Position numbers and translations under genes: made by a program
Shown here: positions 42,901-51,454 of the stretch, piece after piece
Layout: each line of letters begins with the position of its first letter
Numbering within the stretch: position 1 is the first letter of the stretch
Notes under the pieces: model-generated
Databases searched by the model: none
Told to the model about the DNA's origin: nothing
Seen by the model: only the letters and a program-made list of their open reading frames with translations
Source: Leucoraja ocellata
Taxonomy: Eukaryota
Length of the DNA: 64,000 nt
Direction: 5' to 3'
Assembly (NCBI GenBank): GCA_036785375.1
Contig: JAWMAR010000391.1
Span: 1,116,001-1,180,000 of the forward strand

Positions 42901-45900
42901 AACTGCTCTCATTTCTTGGAAGCCCCCAGAAAACACCAATACCGCTGTCACTCAGTACACCATCCTGTACGCTTCGAGGAAGGCTTGGATTGGTGGCGAG
43001 TGGCAAGTGCTCCATCGGGAAGGTGAGCTTCACTCAGCAAGTGTGAACTCTTGAGCATTTGTCCAGTTTTAAATCTGGAAGATGCAAACTACTTGACTAA
43101 ACTTTCAGTGAAAATGAGAGTTTAGTCAAGAGAATTGTGCAGTAAATTACAGCCAAAGTGGTCCATAATGTTCCCAGCTTCCTACAACATGTTTGCGATC
43201 CAACATCCTGGCTGAAAACTCATGTGGCCTGATGATGATGAATGAACAAGGCCTGGTCAGTGGTCAACTCAATGTCAGCTACAGCAATGAATGTCATGTA
43301 GTGAAGAATCTCTTGTGTTGAACGTGTTCATTGCCTTGTGCAAACGATGCTTGTTGCTTATCAGCAGCTGGCTCTCACTGCCATAGGCACAGGTAACACA
43401 GAACTTGTGACCACGTCCTTGTTGGGTTGGGCCTGGTCTCATACCCATTCCCCAGTCCATTATCCCTGTACAGCAAACGTAATGGAAATGTATCTGGCAT
43501 TGCATAATTCAGCAGGCTCTTCCACATGGAACAAACTTTAATCCAATTTGTTACTCCGCACCATCCTGCTGACTTTGTGTGCCAGGTGCAAGTTGACCTG
43601 CCAAATGTATTCATTGCAATTTTCAAAATTGTTATATTGAAATAATGCATTGTGCTTGCTTCAAGAGATCATGCCTTTGTTTCACTTTTCGTTTTTAGCC
43701 TTCAATCCACTAATGTTATGGTTGTTTTTTTTTAGGATCAATTACTATGACTTTGTTGGAAAACCTTGATCCGGGAAATGTATACCTCATTCAAATATCT
43801 GCAACAAATGAAGTAGGAGAGGGACCCTTTTCCAACATTGTCGAACTGGTGATCCCTGCTACAGAGACTAATTACTTCAGTCAAGGGCCAAAGTGGTCTG
43901 ACTCTCTCAGCAGTGCAGATGCCAAAGGTAAATAGATAGCCAAAACCAATATAATTTTGTGCATCTTTTACTGCCAGATGTATTTTGCAGTAAATTAAAT
44001 GAACGCCCTTCTTAGTGAAATGTTGATCAGAGCTACAAAGAAAGATAAACTGGGCAATTTACACTGTGGCTCAAGATACTTTTAATCTATCCTAATTCTA
44101 ATATGTTGTTCATGTCTATAATGAGGTGAGGTGAAACAGTGAATTAGGAATGTATGAAGTAGATGCTAGTTTAATCCACATTCTACAGCAATGCATGTTT
44201 CCATAAAGCTAATTGGATAATCAAGGAACACTATTTGAGATGCGCGGGCTCAGTTGGTTATAATGCAATTTTGAGCGGGATCTGGGGAACCTCTTAAGAG
44301 TTCCTTTGGAATTTGGCAAGCAGAAAAAAAACTCTTGAGGGAAGGAAACAGGCTGGAGTTAAAAAACCCTGCAGTTCACCTTCCTGCAGTAATCAGACAC
44401 CATTGTCTCTTTAGAAAGCTGTCTATCAGTTACATCACTGGTTGTGCCTGAAATTGAAAGCAATTGCTTCTGCTAACACTTGTGCAATGAAAGTCTATTA
44501 AACAAGTAACATGCAGCCTTCAGTATTTTTAGCTTCCACTAACAAAAATAAACTTGTTAAAAATACCTTTATTTGAAAATCCTGCAGGAAAAATAGTTTG
44601 TTAATCTGAGTTTGAAACACTCACTCCTTTTGTGCCCATTAACATAATTGTTTTTATAACACAATTGCATATAACGTGAGGTTTCTTAGATATTCAACTG
44701 TTGTGTTATAGCAGAATAACCTCTACTCTAAGTGCTTTTATTCCCCAGTAAAATGAATTTAATGGTGGAGATTTCTGATAAAGTAATACCAAAAGCTAAA
44801 AGGATATAATATATTTATAACATAGTCAACATCTACTTCCCTATCCTCATCATTCATTGTTACCTGCTCAAAAAAGCCAAAGTTGTGACTGACCTTCTCT
44901 GCACAAAGCCATACTAACCAGTTTCAATGGTTCTAATGAACATTCCACTTTGCTTGTTCCACAGGTAACTCTGATGTGTTTTACCACCTGGACCAAAAAT
45001 CAATGACTGGGATTATCGTTGGAGTTTGCATTGCCCTGACTTGTATTATCATCTGCATCCTGATCCTCCTTTATAGAAGCAAAGCAAGGTATTATTTAAG
45101 TGTTGGATACAACATGCAGACAGTTAAAGATAATGGGTAAAGATTTATATTGAAATGTTTGGACTGGATAAAACTTAGGGAAGTTAAAACTTGAAATATT
45201 ATGATTTTTGATGTATACAGTGTCTTGTCTATGGTCTTTGTTTGTTCTTTTGCACTATGTATTGTTGGTGAGATTTGTGATTTGTGATGTGGTATGGATG
45301 TACTTTATTACGGTGATCTGTGTTATTAGTGGTATGTAACTAAAGCAGTGTACCATCATGTACCGAACCCAAATACCACCAACCCTGGTTGCGTGGCAAA
45401 TAAAGATTCTATTCTATTCTATTCATGTAATCTAAATATGATGAATATAATTGTTGTGCGTGGGAGATGTTCAGCCGTCTGTGTGCTGCAAATCTTCACC
45501 CACCAGCCCCACCTAGACTCATTATTACTTGTATTTAAACAACATTTTTACTAAAATGTCACTTTTTAAAAAAGGTAGCATTTACTAGCTTTCTGCCATT
45601 TCCACTTACACCAGTGAATAAACTGAGACTACATTCAGCACCTGCACAATCTGATGATGTTAGTATTTTTGTTGGAAGTTTCCTTTAAATGGTGAATGCT
45701 TCTGTTTGTCCAGGAAATCCAGTGCTGTCAAAGCTGAGCAACAAGGGAATGTTCAGTTAGCACATGTGACAAGCCCACTGGTCAATGGGAACCATCTTGC
45801 CAAGAGTAAGGATGAACAGTGGGAAAATATGGAAACCTTAATGCCAATGATGCCTGAAAATGCCTTCTTGGACACCAAGGTAATTTTATTTTTGTTTTAT

Positions 45901-48898
45901 TCATGTTGTTATTATGTTGTTGCCTCTTCTCCTTCCAAAACGAGGCACTACTTCTTTATGAAAGTAAATAGTTTGCACTGTCTTAACAAAGAAGCTGGCC
46001 TTTCAGCGCATCATATCGGCCATCAAGTACCTATCCAGACTAAATGCATTTGCCAACACTTGAATCATACCCTACTATTCCTGGGTGATTTAAGTGCTCA
46101 TCCAAATGTTTCTGTGATAGCCTCTGCCTTCACCACCACATCCAGACGTGCATTCCAGATTCCAGGCACCCTCTGAGTCACAAACCATTCTTCTGGTTTC
46201 CTCTAAATCACCTCAACCTTATTTCCTATGGTCTTAGACATCTCTATCATCGGGTAAAGTTTCTATCCATGCCTCTCATATTTCTGTGTAACTCTACCAA
46301 GTAGCCCCTAAGTTTTATCCAGTCCAAACTAATCCTCTCAAATCTCTCTTCCCAACTGAAATGTTCCACCCCAGACGATATTCTGGTGTCTCCTCTGCCC
46401 ACTCCAGTGCAATCCATATCCATATCCTCATTGTTGATGAACAGAACTGCTCCCAGCATTTCAGCTGCGTCCTAATCAAGACCTCGTTGCACATTATATC
46501 CTGGCTAATGAAGGCAAGCATCCCACATGCCTCCCTTATTATGTTATCCATCTGTGCATCTTTGGCCTTAATAATGGAAAATTATTTGCATTTATATCTT
46601 GTCTGAGGACATTCCAAAGTACTTTGCAGCAATCTCATTTGGTGTTGCCTAATGAAGGTCTGCTCACCCTTTACTCCCAGAGGTGGAAATGAAGAGTGCC
46701 ACTTACAGTTATTATGTCAGTTCAGAAGGCTTGGGGCCATATGTGTAAATAGTTCAGGGGGCTGAGAAGTAAAAGGAAGAGAGAAACTAGGAACAGAGAA
46801 AATTGAAGACGAGTATTTTACATACCAATCTGAAATTCTAACTTAAAAATAGAAGCTTATTTTGAGCAGAAGAAAGCACAAAAAGCATTTTAGGAGTACT
46901 TTTGTTAAATTTGTTATATTTAAGAAGGGGACGAATGATGTAAACGTAGGCATTAATCCTAATGAGGGAGATAGTACCACAACATTTAAGAAACATTTAA
47001 CATGGGATAGGATAAATGTAGAGGGCAGTCACGGTGGCGCAGCGGTAGAGTTGCTGCCTTGCAACAAAATGCAGAGCCAGAGACCCGGGTTCGATCCTGA
47101 CTATGGGTGCTGTCTGTATGGAGTTTGTATGTCCTCCCCGTGATCTGTGTGGGTTTTCTCCGAGATCTTCGGTTTCCTCCCACACTCCCCAAAGACGTAC
47201 AGGTTTGTAGGTTAATTGGCTTAATAAAAATGTAAAATTGTGTAAGTTGGCGATATGCAGAGTACTGCCCTGCCGACTACAACATTCAGAAGGTTCAGAA
47301 GGTAGAGGGATATGGGATAAATGTAGAGGGATATGGGACAAATGCAGGCAGGTGGGTCTAGTGCAGATGGGGCACATTGGTCGGGGTGGACAAATTGGGG
47401 CAAAGAACCTGTTTCCATGCTGTATGACATCCTGATGAGGAATCTTGTTAAAGCCTGAAATAGTTTCAGGCCTCTAAACAGTGGAAAACAAATGAAGTAA
47501 TTGGTTTAAGAGCAAGCTGAAAGTAGGAAAACACAAAGTACTGGAGGAACCCAGCAGGTCAGGCAGCATCTGCTGAGGGAATGGACAGACATTTCTGGTC
47601 GTGACCTAAGCCAACAGCACAAAGTGCAACTTGAGCACATTCTGCGCAGCAGGCTGCAAGTGAGCATTAAGTAACCTTGGTGAATGTACTCTTTACAACA
47701 GGGTGGATCTGATCTGATCGTTAGCAACTCTGGTCACAGAAAAGAAAAGTCCAAAAAATGCTTTTTGTTTGGAAGAAAAAAGAGATCAACAAATACATTC
47801 AAGGAGGAGCAGGTACGATTGGGAACAAGTGGTAAAGTAGTTGTGATCATACATTTGCCTTGAAGGATAATGTAAGATTTGTTGATGGGGTGAGATTGAA
47901 TAGGATGGAAGTAGTCTCAGACTCTGGTTTTAGTCGTTGGGCTGCATAGCTTGTTTGACAATTTCTTACATCAGCTGATGCTTGCTTCAGTATCTATAAT
48001 GAGAGCAATTCCTGCCAGAAATAGAATTGGAATTTGTTGGGCTTGATTTGACTTGTCAATTACAATCAGTTTTATTTTTGGTTACATTAAGTGCTTGACC
48101 TGATTAACTCAACATGATGAATGAATCCTGCAATTGCAGTTTCACACAGCAAGTCACACTTGCTCATCAACTGATGGCACCAATACCTTTCATTACTCCC
48201 CATTCATAATCACTTATTTTCGCTCATTTAGACCCATACTTGCCAAAATGTATTCAATTGGCCGCCTGCTTGCTGTCTTTTTAAAAATAATTATGGATAA
48301 AGTCTAACAGTGTGGTCCTAGTTTTGCAATGGATGTATTTTGGTTTATAGTACAATAGTTTGAATATTTTGAGTTCTCTATGGGGGGGGGGGGGGGGGCT
48401 CATTCCAACCAAGGGCATTGTCTGGGATTTGAAACCGTTTCTAAATCACCATTCTTTTTCTAGCAGCCAGTGAGAAGAAACGGGTTTGGCGTGAGCCCCT
48501 ACCAGTTGACTGAGCTGAGCCATGAGGAATCGGGAGGCTCGGTGCTGATTCCCCCCACATCATTGCCAGCTGTGTTTACCGCCATGGGAGATACCGAATA
48601 TTCTCACAACAGTGATGGAAGCCACGAAACTGGAGATTCGGGCAGGTATTCGCATGATTCCAGGGAGGAGATGGAAATGCTGCACCTTTCTTCTGTCACG
48701 TGTGATCCACCTGCCTTCTTGGGATCGTCTGTCCAGGGGGACACTGCCAGCATTCCTGTCCAGCCTACCTCCGGGGAAGATCAACGTGTGTTGGTTGTTT
48801 CTCATTCCACTACCTCTGACCTACTGGCGCTGCCTCGACCAAGCCACATGTCTTCAAAACCAACAAGTGAAAACACCAGCAACCAATTTCCAATTTAA
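1296..48898 (+). CDS. PRTG: Protogenin (Ig/FN3 receptor, DCC/neogenin family), 5'-incomplete spliced CDS: join(1296-1460,2514-2819,7590-7778,37847-37942,39401-39587,41401-41528,42852-43022,43736-43927,44965-45088,45714-45879,47702-47812,48464/48467-48898)
   Basis: Exon translations match the recalled vertebrate protogenin sequence ([78 protein letters not shown]). All introns are GT-AG and phases are consistent through to the TAA at 48896-48898. Confidence 0.95.
2514..2819 (+). CDS. PRTG: PRTG exon (complete FN3 domain; VPLRVPEIS...PKATSVK)
   Basis: gatgcag acceptor, AAAG|gtaatc donor, 306 nt. Confidence 0.94.
3820..3954 (-). mobile_element. CR1 LINE 3' end fragment
   Basis: catagaaacatagaaa tail; reverse complement matches the 3' UTR of the CR1 at 59054-59478. 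Confidence 0.85.
7207..7391. mobile_element. Penelope-like terminal-repeat insertion in fold-back configuration
   Basis: ~75-nt inverted arms centred on cgtttcgggccgaaacg; 14-bp TSD aaactaatttgttg at 7193-7206 and 7392-7405. Confidence 0.85.
7590..7778 (+). CDS. PRTG: PRTG exon (FN3 N-terminal part; [17 protein letters not shown]...YTISGL)
   Basis: tttccacag acceptor, CTCG|gtacgt donor, 189 nt. Confidence 0.93.
10897..11448 (+). mobile_element. tRNA-derived V-SINE (HE1-like) interrupted by an L2 fragment
   Basis: A-box-like gtggcgcagcagtag, V-domain ggagtttgtacgttttccccgtg, CR1-like tail ending ctaaactaaact. Confidence 0.8.
11160..11401 (-). mobile_element. L2 LINE 3' fragment
   Basis: Minus strand encodes an L2-type C-terminus (RLWNS...[23 protein letters not shown]); (caagt)n tail; cggtg duplicated at both flanks. 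Confidence 0.75.
13550..14575. repeat. Unclassified GC/CpG-rich interspersed element with internal repeats
   Basis: CpG-rich block in an AT-rich intron; internal ~115-nt direct repeat and an inverted copy; boundaries approximate. Confidence 0.5.
14774..14871 (-). mobile_element. Penelope-like terminal repeat fragment with hammerhead-like core
   Basis: Reverse complement ctgaagaagggtttcatcccgaaacgtc; TSD atttgttc at 14766 and 14872. Confidence 0.75.
15063..15295 (+). mobile_element. Probable solo LTR
   Basis: TGTAGCAGTAA...TTACTGTACA termini, internal AATAAA, CpG-rich; TSD not clean. Confidence 0.55.
15320..16420 (-). mobile_element. Possible non-autonomous Helitron-like element carrying a SINE/PLE fragment and C-rich/G-rich low-complexity DNA
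   Basis: Minus strand begins tatattactaaaactctcatcttg (Helitron-like 5' end from recall); CTAG at 15321; 3' hairpin is poor. Confidence 0.4.
15918..15986. repeat. (CA)n microsatellite
   Basis: Direct observation. Confidence 0.95.
16570..16680 (+). mobile_element. Degraded DeuSINE (SacSINE1/AmnSINE-like) relic
   Basis: gggactttgctatgtacacattagctgctgtacttcctaaattacagcag resembles the recalled Deu-domain gggatcttgctgtgcgcaaattggctgccgcgtttcctacattacaacag. Confidence 0.5.
17771..17988. mobile_element. Degraded fold-back Penelope-like terminal repeat
   Basis: gacacgaaatgctggagtaa ... ttactccagcattttgtgtc inverted arms. Confidence 0.7.
18452..18735 (-). mobile_element. V-SINE (HE1-like)
   Basis: Reverse complement of the SINE at 10897 and 47022. 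Confidence 0.8.
18745..18916 (+). mobile_element. CR1 3' fragment
   Basis: FKRELDRAL...[10 protein letters not shown]-like remnant plus the CR1 3' UTR. Confidence 0.8.
19118..19345 (-). mobile_element. V-SINE (HE1-like)
   Basis: V-domain and tRNA head on the minus strand. Confidence 0.8.
19722..19768. repeat. Short tandem repeat, 12-bp unit gcctggtgtatc x ~3-4
   Basis: Direct observation. Confidence 0.8.
20604..20954. mobile_element. hAT (Charlie-like) MITE
   Basis: Termini aggggtggggaacct / aggttcccctg; 8-bp TSD gtttagag (20596-20603) vs gttttgag (20955-20962). Confidence 0.7.
21150..21975 (+). mobile_element. Old degraded CR1 fragments
   Basis: Decayed CR1 ORF2 C-terminal motifs and tail (gaagggcctgttcctatgttgtac). 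Confidence 0.55.
22090..22342 (-). mobile_element. Rex1-like LINE 3' fragment
   Basis: Minus strand encodes [16 protein letters not shown], comparable to [17 protein letters not shown] of the 30.5-32 kb element; tttattgtca tail. Confidence 0.65.
22882..23750 (-). mobile_element. GC-rich non-autonomous non-LTR element with Rex1-type 3' end
   Basis: (ttgactc)n tail, 3' stem-loop tttggacc/ggtccaaa, CpG-rich body with a (CAG)n tract, no recognisable RT. Confidence 0.65.
26108..26500 (-). mobile_element. V-SINE with a tandem second head fragment
   Basis: Two consecutive tRNA-head/V-domain segments. Confidence 0.75.
27644..27923 (+). mobile_element. V-SINE (HE1-like), diverged
   Basis: Head, V-domain and CR1-like tail recognisable. 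Confidence 0.75.
28058..28226. mobile_element. Fold-back Penelope-like terminal repeat
   Basis: agatagacacaaaaagc ... gctttttgtgtccatct inverted arms. Confidence 0.7.
28500..29210 (+). pseudogene. Degraded Penelope-like element: GIY-YIG endonuclease remnant plus terminal repeat
   Basis: [11 protein letters not shown]...[24 protein letters not shown]...[10 protein letters not shown] resembles the recalled PLE GIY-YIG C-terminus; frameshifted. Confidence 0.7.
30509..32090 (-). mobile_element. 5'-truncated Rex1/Babar non-LTR retrotransposon
   Basis: RT ORF, 3' UTR with stem-loop, (ctatt)n tail; gtagaag at both flanks (30502, 32092). Confidence 0.9.
30734..32089 (-). CDS. Reverse transcriptase of Rex1-type LINE (5'-truncated, uninterrupted frame of ~450 codons)
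   Basis: [53 protein letters not shown] motifs. Confidence 0.93.
   Translation of the reverse strand, partial: ATGPDGVSGRVLKDCADQLAGVWTRIFNQSLAQSTVPPCLKSSTIVPLPKKNNISSLNDYRPVALTPVVMKCFEKLVRGHITSLLPRSFDPHQFAYRANRSTEDAVATALHAALSHLEQRGSYVRMLFVDYSSAFNTILPHKLVDKLGDLGLPHSTCTWINSFLSGRSQRVRVGHHTSTALSLSTGSPQGCVLSPLLYTIYTHDCTPAHHSNTIVKFADDTTVVGLISAGDEYAYRDEVEQLTVWCEENNLLLNTSKTKEVIIDFRKNKTDMVPLIIRGDCVERVADFRFLGIHIEEDLTWSVNTTALLKKVQQRLHFLRVLRKNNITQRLLLSFYRCSIESILTYCVCVWYTSCTVAQRKALQRAIDNAQRIVGCPLLTLEDLHSSRCTKKTQNIIKDISHPGHSLFELLPSGRRYRSTRTRTNRLQNSFYPTAIKALNVAAKERRGDTD
32960..33510. mobile_element. CR1 3' fragment (+) interrupted by a V-SINE (-, ~33112-33412)
   Basis: CR1 sequence resumes after the SINE (tagatcagccatgatcatattaaatgg). 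Confidence 0.75.
37449..37547 (-). mobile_element. Penelope-like terminal repeat fragment
   Basis: 14-bp TSD tttaatattttggg at 37435 and 37548. Confidence 0.8.
37847..37942 (+). CDS. PRTG: PRTG small exon ([32 protein letters not shown]), absent from the ORF track
   Basis: tttttttag acceptor, GTGT|gtaagt donor, 96 nt, completes the FN3 domain begun at 7590. Confidence 0.92.
39401..39587 (+). CDS. PRTG: PRTG exon ([21 protein letters not shown]...LVMYLQT)
   Basis: tttgacag acceptor, AAC|gtaagt donor, 187 nt. Confidence 0.94.
41102..41210 (+). mobile_element. Penelope-like terminal repeat fragment with hammerhead-like core
   Basis: CTGAAGA 41118-41124, GAAA 41138-41141; TSD tacaactatagtaa at 41088 and 41211. 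Confidence 0.8.
41401..41528 (+). CDS. PRTG: PRTG exon ([22 protein letters not shown]...LTLPE)
   Basis: poly-T tract plus ccag acceptor, GAAG|gtaagg donor, 128 nt. Confidence 0.94.
42115..42530 (+). mobile_element. Penelope-like 3' fragment (GIY-YIG end plus terminal repeat) nested in an old CR1
   Basis: [29 protein letters not shown]...[14 protein letters not shown], then ctgaggaagggtctcgacacgaaacgtc. Confidence 0.8.
42439..42470 (+). ncRNA. Minimal type-I hammerhead ribozyme-like motif
   Basis: CUGAGGA-A-GGGUC uc GACAC-GAAA-CGUC: conserved core, helix II with one mismatch, palindromic ACGU helix III; helix I is very weak. Confidence 0.5.
42852..43022 (+). CDS. PRTG: PRTG exon ([16 protein letters not shown]...WQVLHRE)
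   Basis: tcttgcag acceptor, GAAG|gtgagc donor, 171 nt. Confidence 0.94.
43736..43927 (+). CDS. PRTG: PRTG exon ([17 protein letters not shown]...SSADAK)
   Basis: poly-T plus ag acceptor, AAAG|gtaaat donor, 192 nt. Confidence 0.93.
44965..45088 (+). CDS. PRTG: PRTG transmembrane exon ([40 protein letters not shown])
   Basis: ttccacag acceptor, CAAG|gtatta donor, 124 nt; hydrophobic helix followed by a basic stop-transfer segment. Confidence 0.93.
45190..45424 (+). mobile_element. LINE 3' UTR fragment with (attct)n tail
   Basis: Stem-loop ccaccaacc/ggttgcgtgg followed by aataaag attctattctattc. Confidence 0.55.
45714..45879 (+). CDS. PRTG: PRTG juxtamembrane cytoplasmic exon (KSSAVK...[14 protein letters not shown])
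   Basis: gtccag acceptor, AAG|gtaatt donor, 166 nt. Confidence 0.9.
46090..46560 (-). mobile_element. Old CR1 ORF2 fragment
   Basis: Minus-strand [12 protein letters not shown]..., [13 protein letters not shown]...[18 protein letters not shown]. Confidence 0.7.
47022..47245 (+). mobile_element. V-SINE (HE1-like) inserted in a CR1 3' fragment (46960-47430)
   Basis: Clear A box (tggcgcagcgg) and B box (ggttcgatcc); gggataaatgtagaggg-like flank duplicated. Confidence 0.85.
47702..47812 (+). CDS. PRTG: PRTG cytoplasmic exon ([37 protein letters not shown]), absent from the ORF track
   Basis: acaacag acceptor, CAG|gtacga donor, 111 nt, phase 0-0; resembles the recalled human GGTDLIINSYG...EQ exon. 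Confidence 0.88.
48464..48898 (+). CDS. PRTG: PRTG last coding exon ((Q)PVRRNGF...[15 protein letters not shown]...NQFPI*)
   Basis: ttttctagcag tandem acceptor; conserved HETGDSGR motif; TAA stop. Confidence 0.9.
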   Translation, partial: QPVRRNGFGVSPYQLTELSHEESGGSVLIPPTSLPAVFTAMGDTEYSHNSDGSHETGDSGRYSHDSREEMEMLHLSSVTCDPPAFLGSSVQGDTASIPVQPTSGEDQRVLVVSHSTTSDLLALPRPSHMSSKPTSENTSNQFPI

Positions 48899-49178
48899 GC
48901 AACCAGATCCAGTTTCACAATAATTTATCTGTACAATGGACAAATGTGCAGTAAGCCAAAGAACACTCTGGAAAGAAAGTCTGGGTCATTTTTTTTTTTT
49001 TAGTCACGCCAGGTTCTTACACACTTGGTTTATGAATGTTCCATATTTTTTATTTTAACCGCCATGAATGTCTATGTCAAAAAAATGTGAAAAGGACCAT
49101 TACATTTCTTTTGATTTTGATTTGAAAGGTATATCATTGGAGCAGAAATATTGTTTCAGGTTTTCTGCTGAAAAAAAT

Positions 49179-49186
49179 CTACCTCA
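49179..49186 (+). promoter_or_regulatory. let-7 8mer seed site
   Basis: CTACCTCA in AU-rich context ~280 nt after the stop; Prtg is a reported let-7 target. Confidence 0.7.
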
Positions 49187-50175
49187 ATTTTACCTAATGA
49201 TAAACCCCAGTATTTAACAGGATTTGACTCCATTACCTAATAGTTGATACTTCCTTACAGAGATGTGTTGTTTGATTAAAAATATGTTTGTTGGTGTTGT
49301 TCTGCTGTGATGTAGGGGTTGCAAGGACGTTGCCATGAGAGTGTTTGACTAAAGACCTGTTTACATGAGCAAGTGAGATTCTGAAATGGGGCCATATACA
49401 CAGTGCCTTTGAGCTGAAGTTGGCTTGATTATATTGTTAATATAAAATAAGATATCCAGTCAAGTTATTGGAAGGTTTTGAATTCATAATTTCAATCCAT
49501 GAAATTTTAAATGACTTTACACAGCTGCTACATTTACACTGTGCATTTACATGAAGCTGTTGAGGGGAAATTGTAGAGCTGGTTTGATTAGAGAAAAGAA
49601 GCAATGCTTTGGATTGAATGAGGTGCGTGTTGAAGTTTTGTGCCTCATTGATGTTCTTATTGAGCTTGTCCATAATGTTAATTTTGAAAGATATCCAAAC
49701 TCTGCGCTATAGGCAGAGTGAATGTATTCCCATTGAATCTGAAGCTGAAAAGCTATGAGTACATCCAGTTTCATTGACTATCTGTTGGGAGGCACAGCAG
49801 ACTAATTGAAGCAGGCCAGGGTTAACTGAAATGATTACCTAGATGCTTCCTGTTCTAGAAACTGGAAAATACAATGCAGATGCAGAAATTAGGGAAAACA
49901 TGCCTCCTGCATTGACCCCTATCACAGCCTTGTGCTGCGCCGGTTGAGTTCTGATTTCATGCATTCTAACAGATGCTTCGGCAACTATGTGACTGGTCCA
50001 TTTCAAACAAGAATTGTATCCAGTGGGATGGTGCTTGAGCATTCTGGTTTGCTGCGTTCACTTTTTAAAAAAAGGGAAATCTTGTGGAGTGTATAGTGAG
50101 TTTATTATCTGTAAGTACAGAAATCCGAGAAAGTTCAACGATGAGAATGTTCAAACTGAAGATGAAGTAAACTTT

Positions 50176-50400
50176 GTAGGAAGGAACTGCAGATGCTGGT
50201 TTAAATCAAAGGTAGACACAAAATGCTGGAGTGACTCCGCAGGACAGGCAGCATCTCTGGAGAGAAGGAATGGGTGACGCTTCGGGTGAAGACTCTTCTT
50301 CAGACTCGGGTTCTCGACCCAAAATGTCACCCATTCCTTCTCTCCAGAGATGCTGCCTATCCTGCTGAGTTACTCCAGCATTTTGTGTCTACCTTTGATT
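50176..50400. mobile_element. Fold-back Penelope-like insertion within the inferred 3' UTR
   Basis: Inverted arms ~50199-50278 and 50326-50405; TSD taaacttt at 50168 and 50401. Confidence 0.85.
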
Positions 50401-51190
50401 TAAACTTTACCTAAAGTTAAATATTCCAAGTGAATTTCCAGTGCCACTTGGTGACATGTTCAGATTAGTAAGTGGACTCTTATAAATTTTTTTTCCTGCA
50501 GCTTTGAAGTGTGTGGTATTGGCTAGCCTTAACCAAAAAACCTTCACTAAAAATCCACACCTATCACGGTAGACTAAATACATTTAATTATAGGCAGTTC
50601 CATGTCAATAAATTCTTCAATGTCATCTTTTAAATTAATTAACAGTACTTTTTATTTTTAAAAAAATGATTTGACATAAAACCCCTCTATCTCTTCCCCC
50701 CCCCCCCCCCCCCCCAAACTCATCAAATGCCTTAATTTAACAAACTGCAAAATGAAAAATTATGTAATGTCACACTTAATTGATTTAATTAAATTGAGTC
50801 CTGGAATAAAAAGGTCCTGCAGAGTTTTAAGTCTGATTAAACTATTCAAGGAATTCATGTATAAAATAATAGGAATATAATTTTTTTTATCTAGTTGAAA
50901 GGGAAGTAGAGTTACTTTAAAATAATATAACTTTGTGCTTGGATATTCAATAACTGTATCTCCACCACAATTTCTATAAACCTTCTGATTATAAAACAAC
51001 TTCAGCTTAACGGTATTAAATGAAAGAACTCCTTCAGAGTTCCGATCCAAAGAGCACCATTTGGTGCCTCATTTGTATTTGTTTTTAGAATTGCTTGCAT
51101 TACAAAATGGAGCTTCATGATACCAAAAATGTTGAGGACAATAGAAGCTGCTACTCTCATGTGCTCTAGCCTTGCACCTCCTGTTTGATA

Positions 51191-51454
51191 CTACCTCTTT
51201 ATAAAACCTATTTTAGTGTTATTCTTTATCTAACCTCAGGGATCAAATATTTGTTACATTTGAACTGCCGCACACAAGTGTGTGGTGTACTGACAGGGTA
51301 TCTTGTTTGAATTATTGCTTTTAAAATAGTTACTGTGTAGCTTTTAAGAGTTAGAACAGATCACTAGAATTGTGTGCCAGTAAATGTTCACACCTCTGCG
51401 ATGCCGATATATCAAAACTACTTTAAAATAAGCTTACCAAAGAAAATGTACATA
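51191..51454 (+). promoter_or_regulatory. Cluster: let-7 7mer-m8, miR-125 8mer, miR-9 8mer, Pumilio element
   Basis: CTACCTC 51191-51197; CTCAGGGA 51235-51242; ACCAAAGA 51436-51443; TGTACATA 51447-51454. Confidence 0.7.

Noticed and set aside
44165-44725. Possible degraded Tigger/pogo-like DNA transposon (similar hint at 38263-38772)
   Set aside because: Terminal repeats too decayed to support by eye.
47022-47105. tRNA-like A and B boxes
   Set aside because: Head of a V-SINE, continuing into the V-domain; no full cloverleaf.
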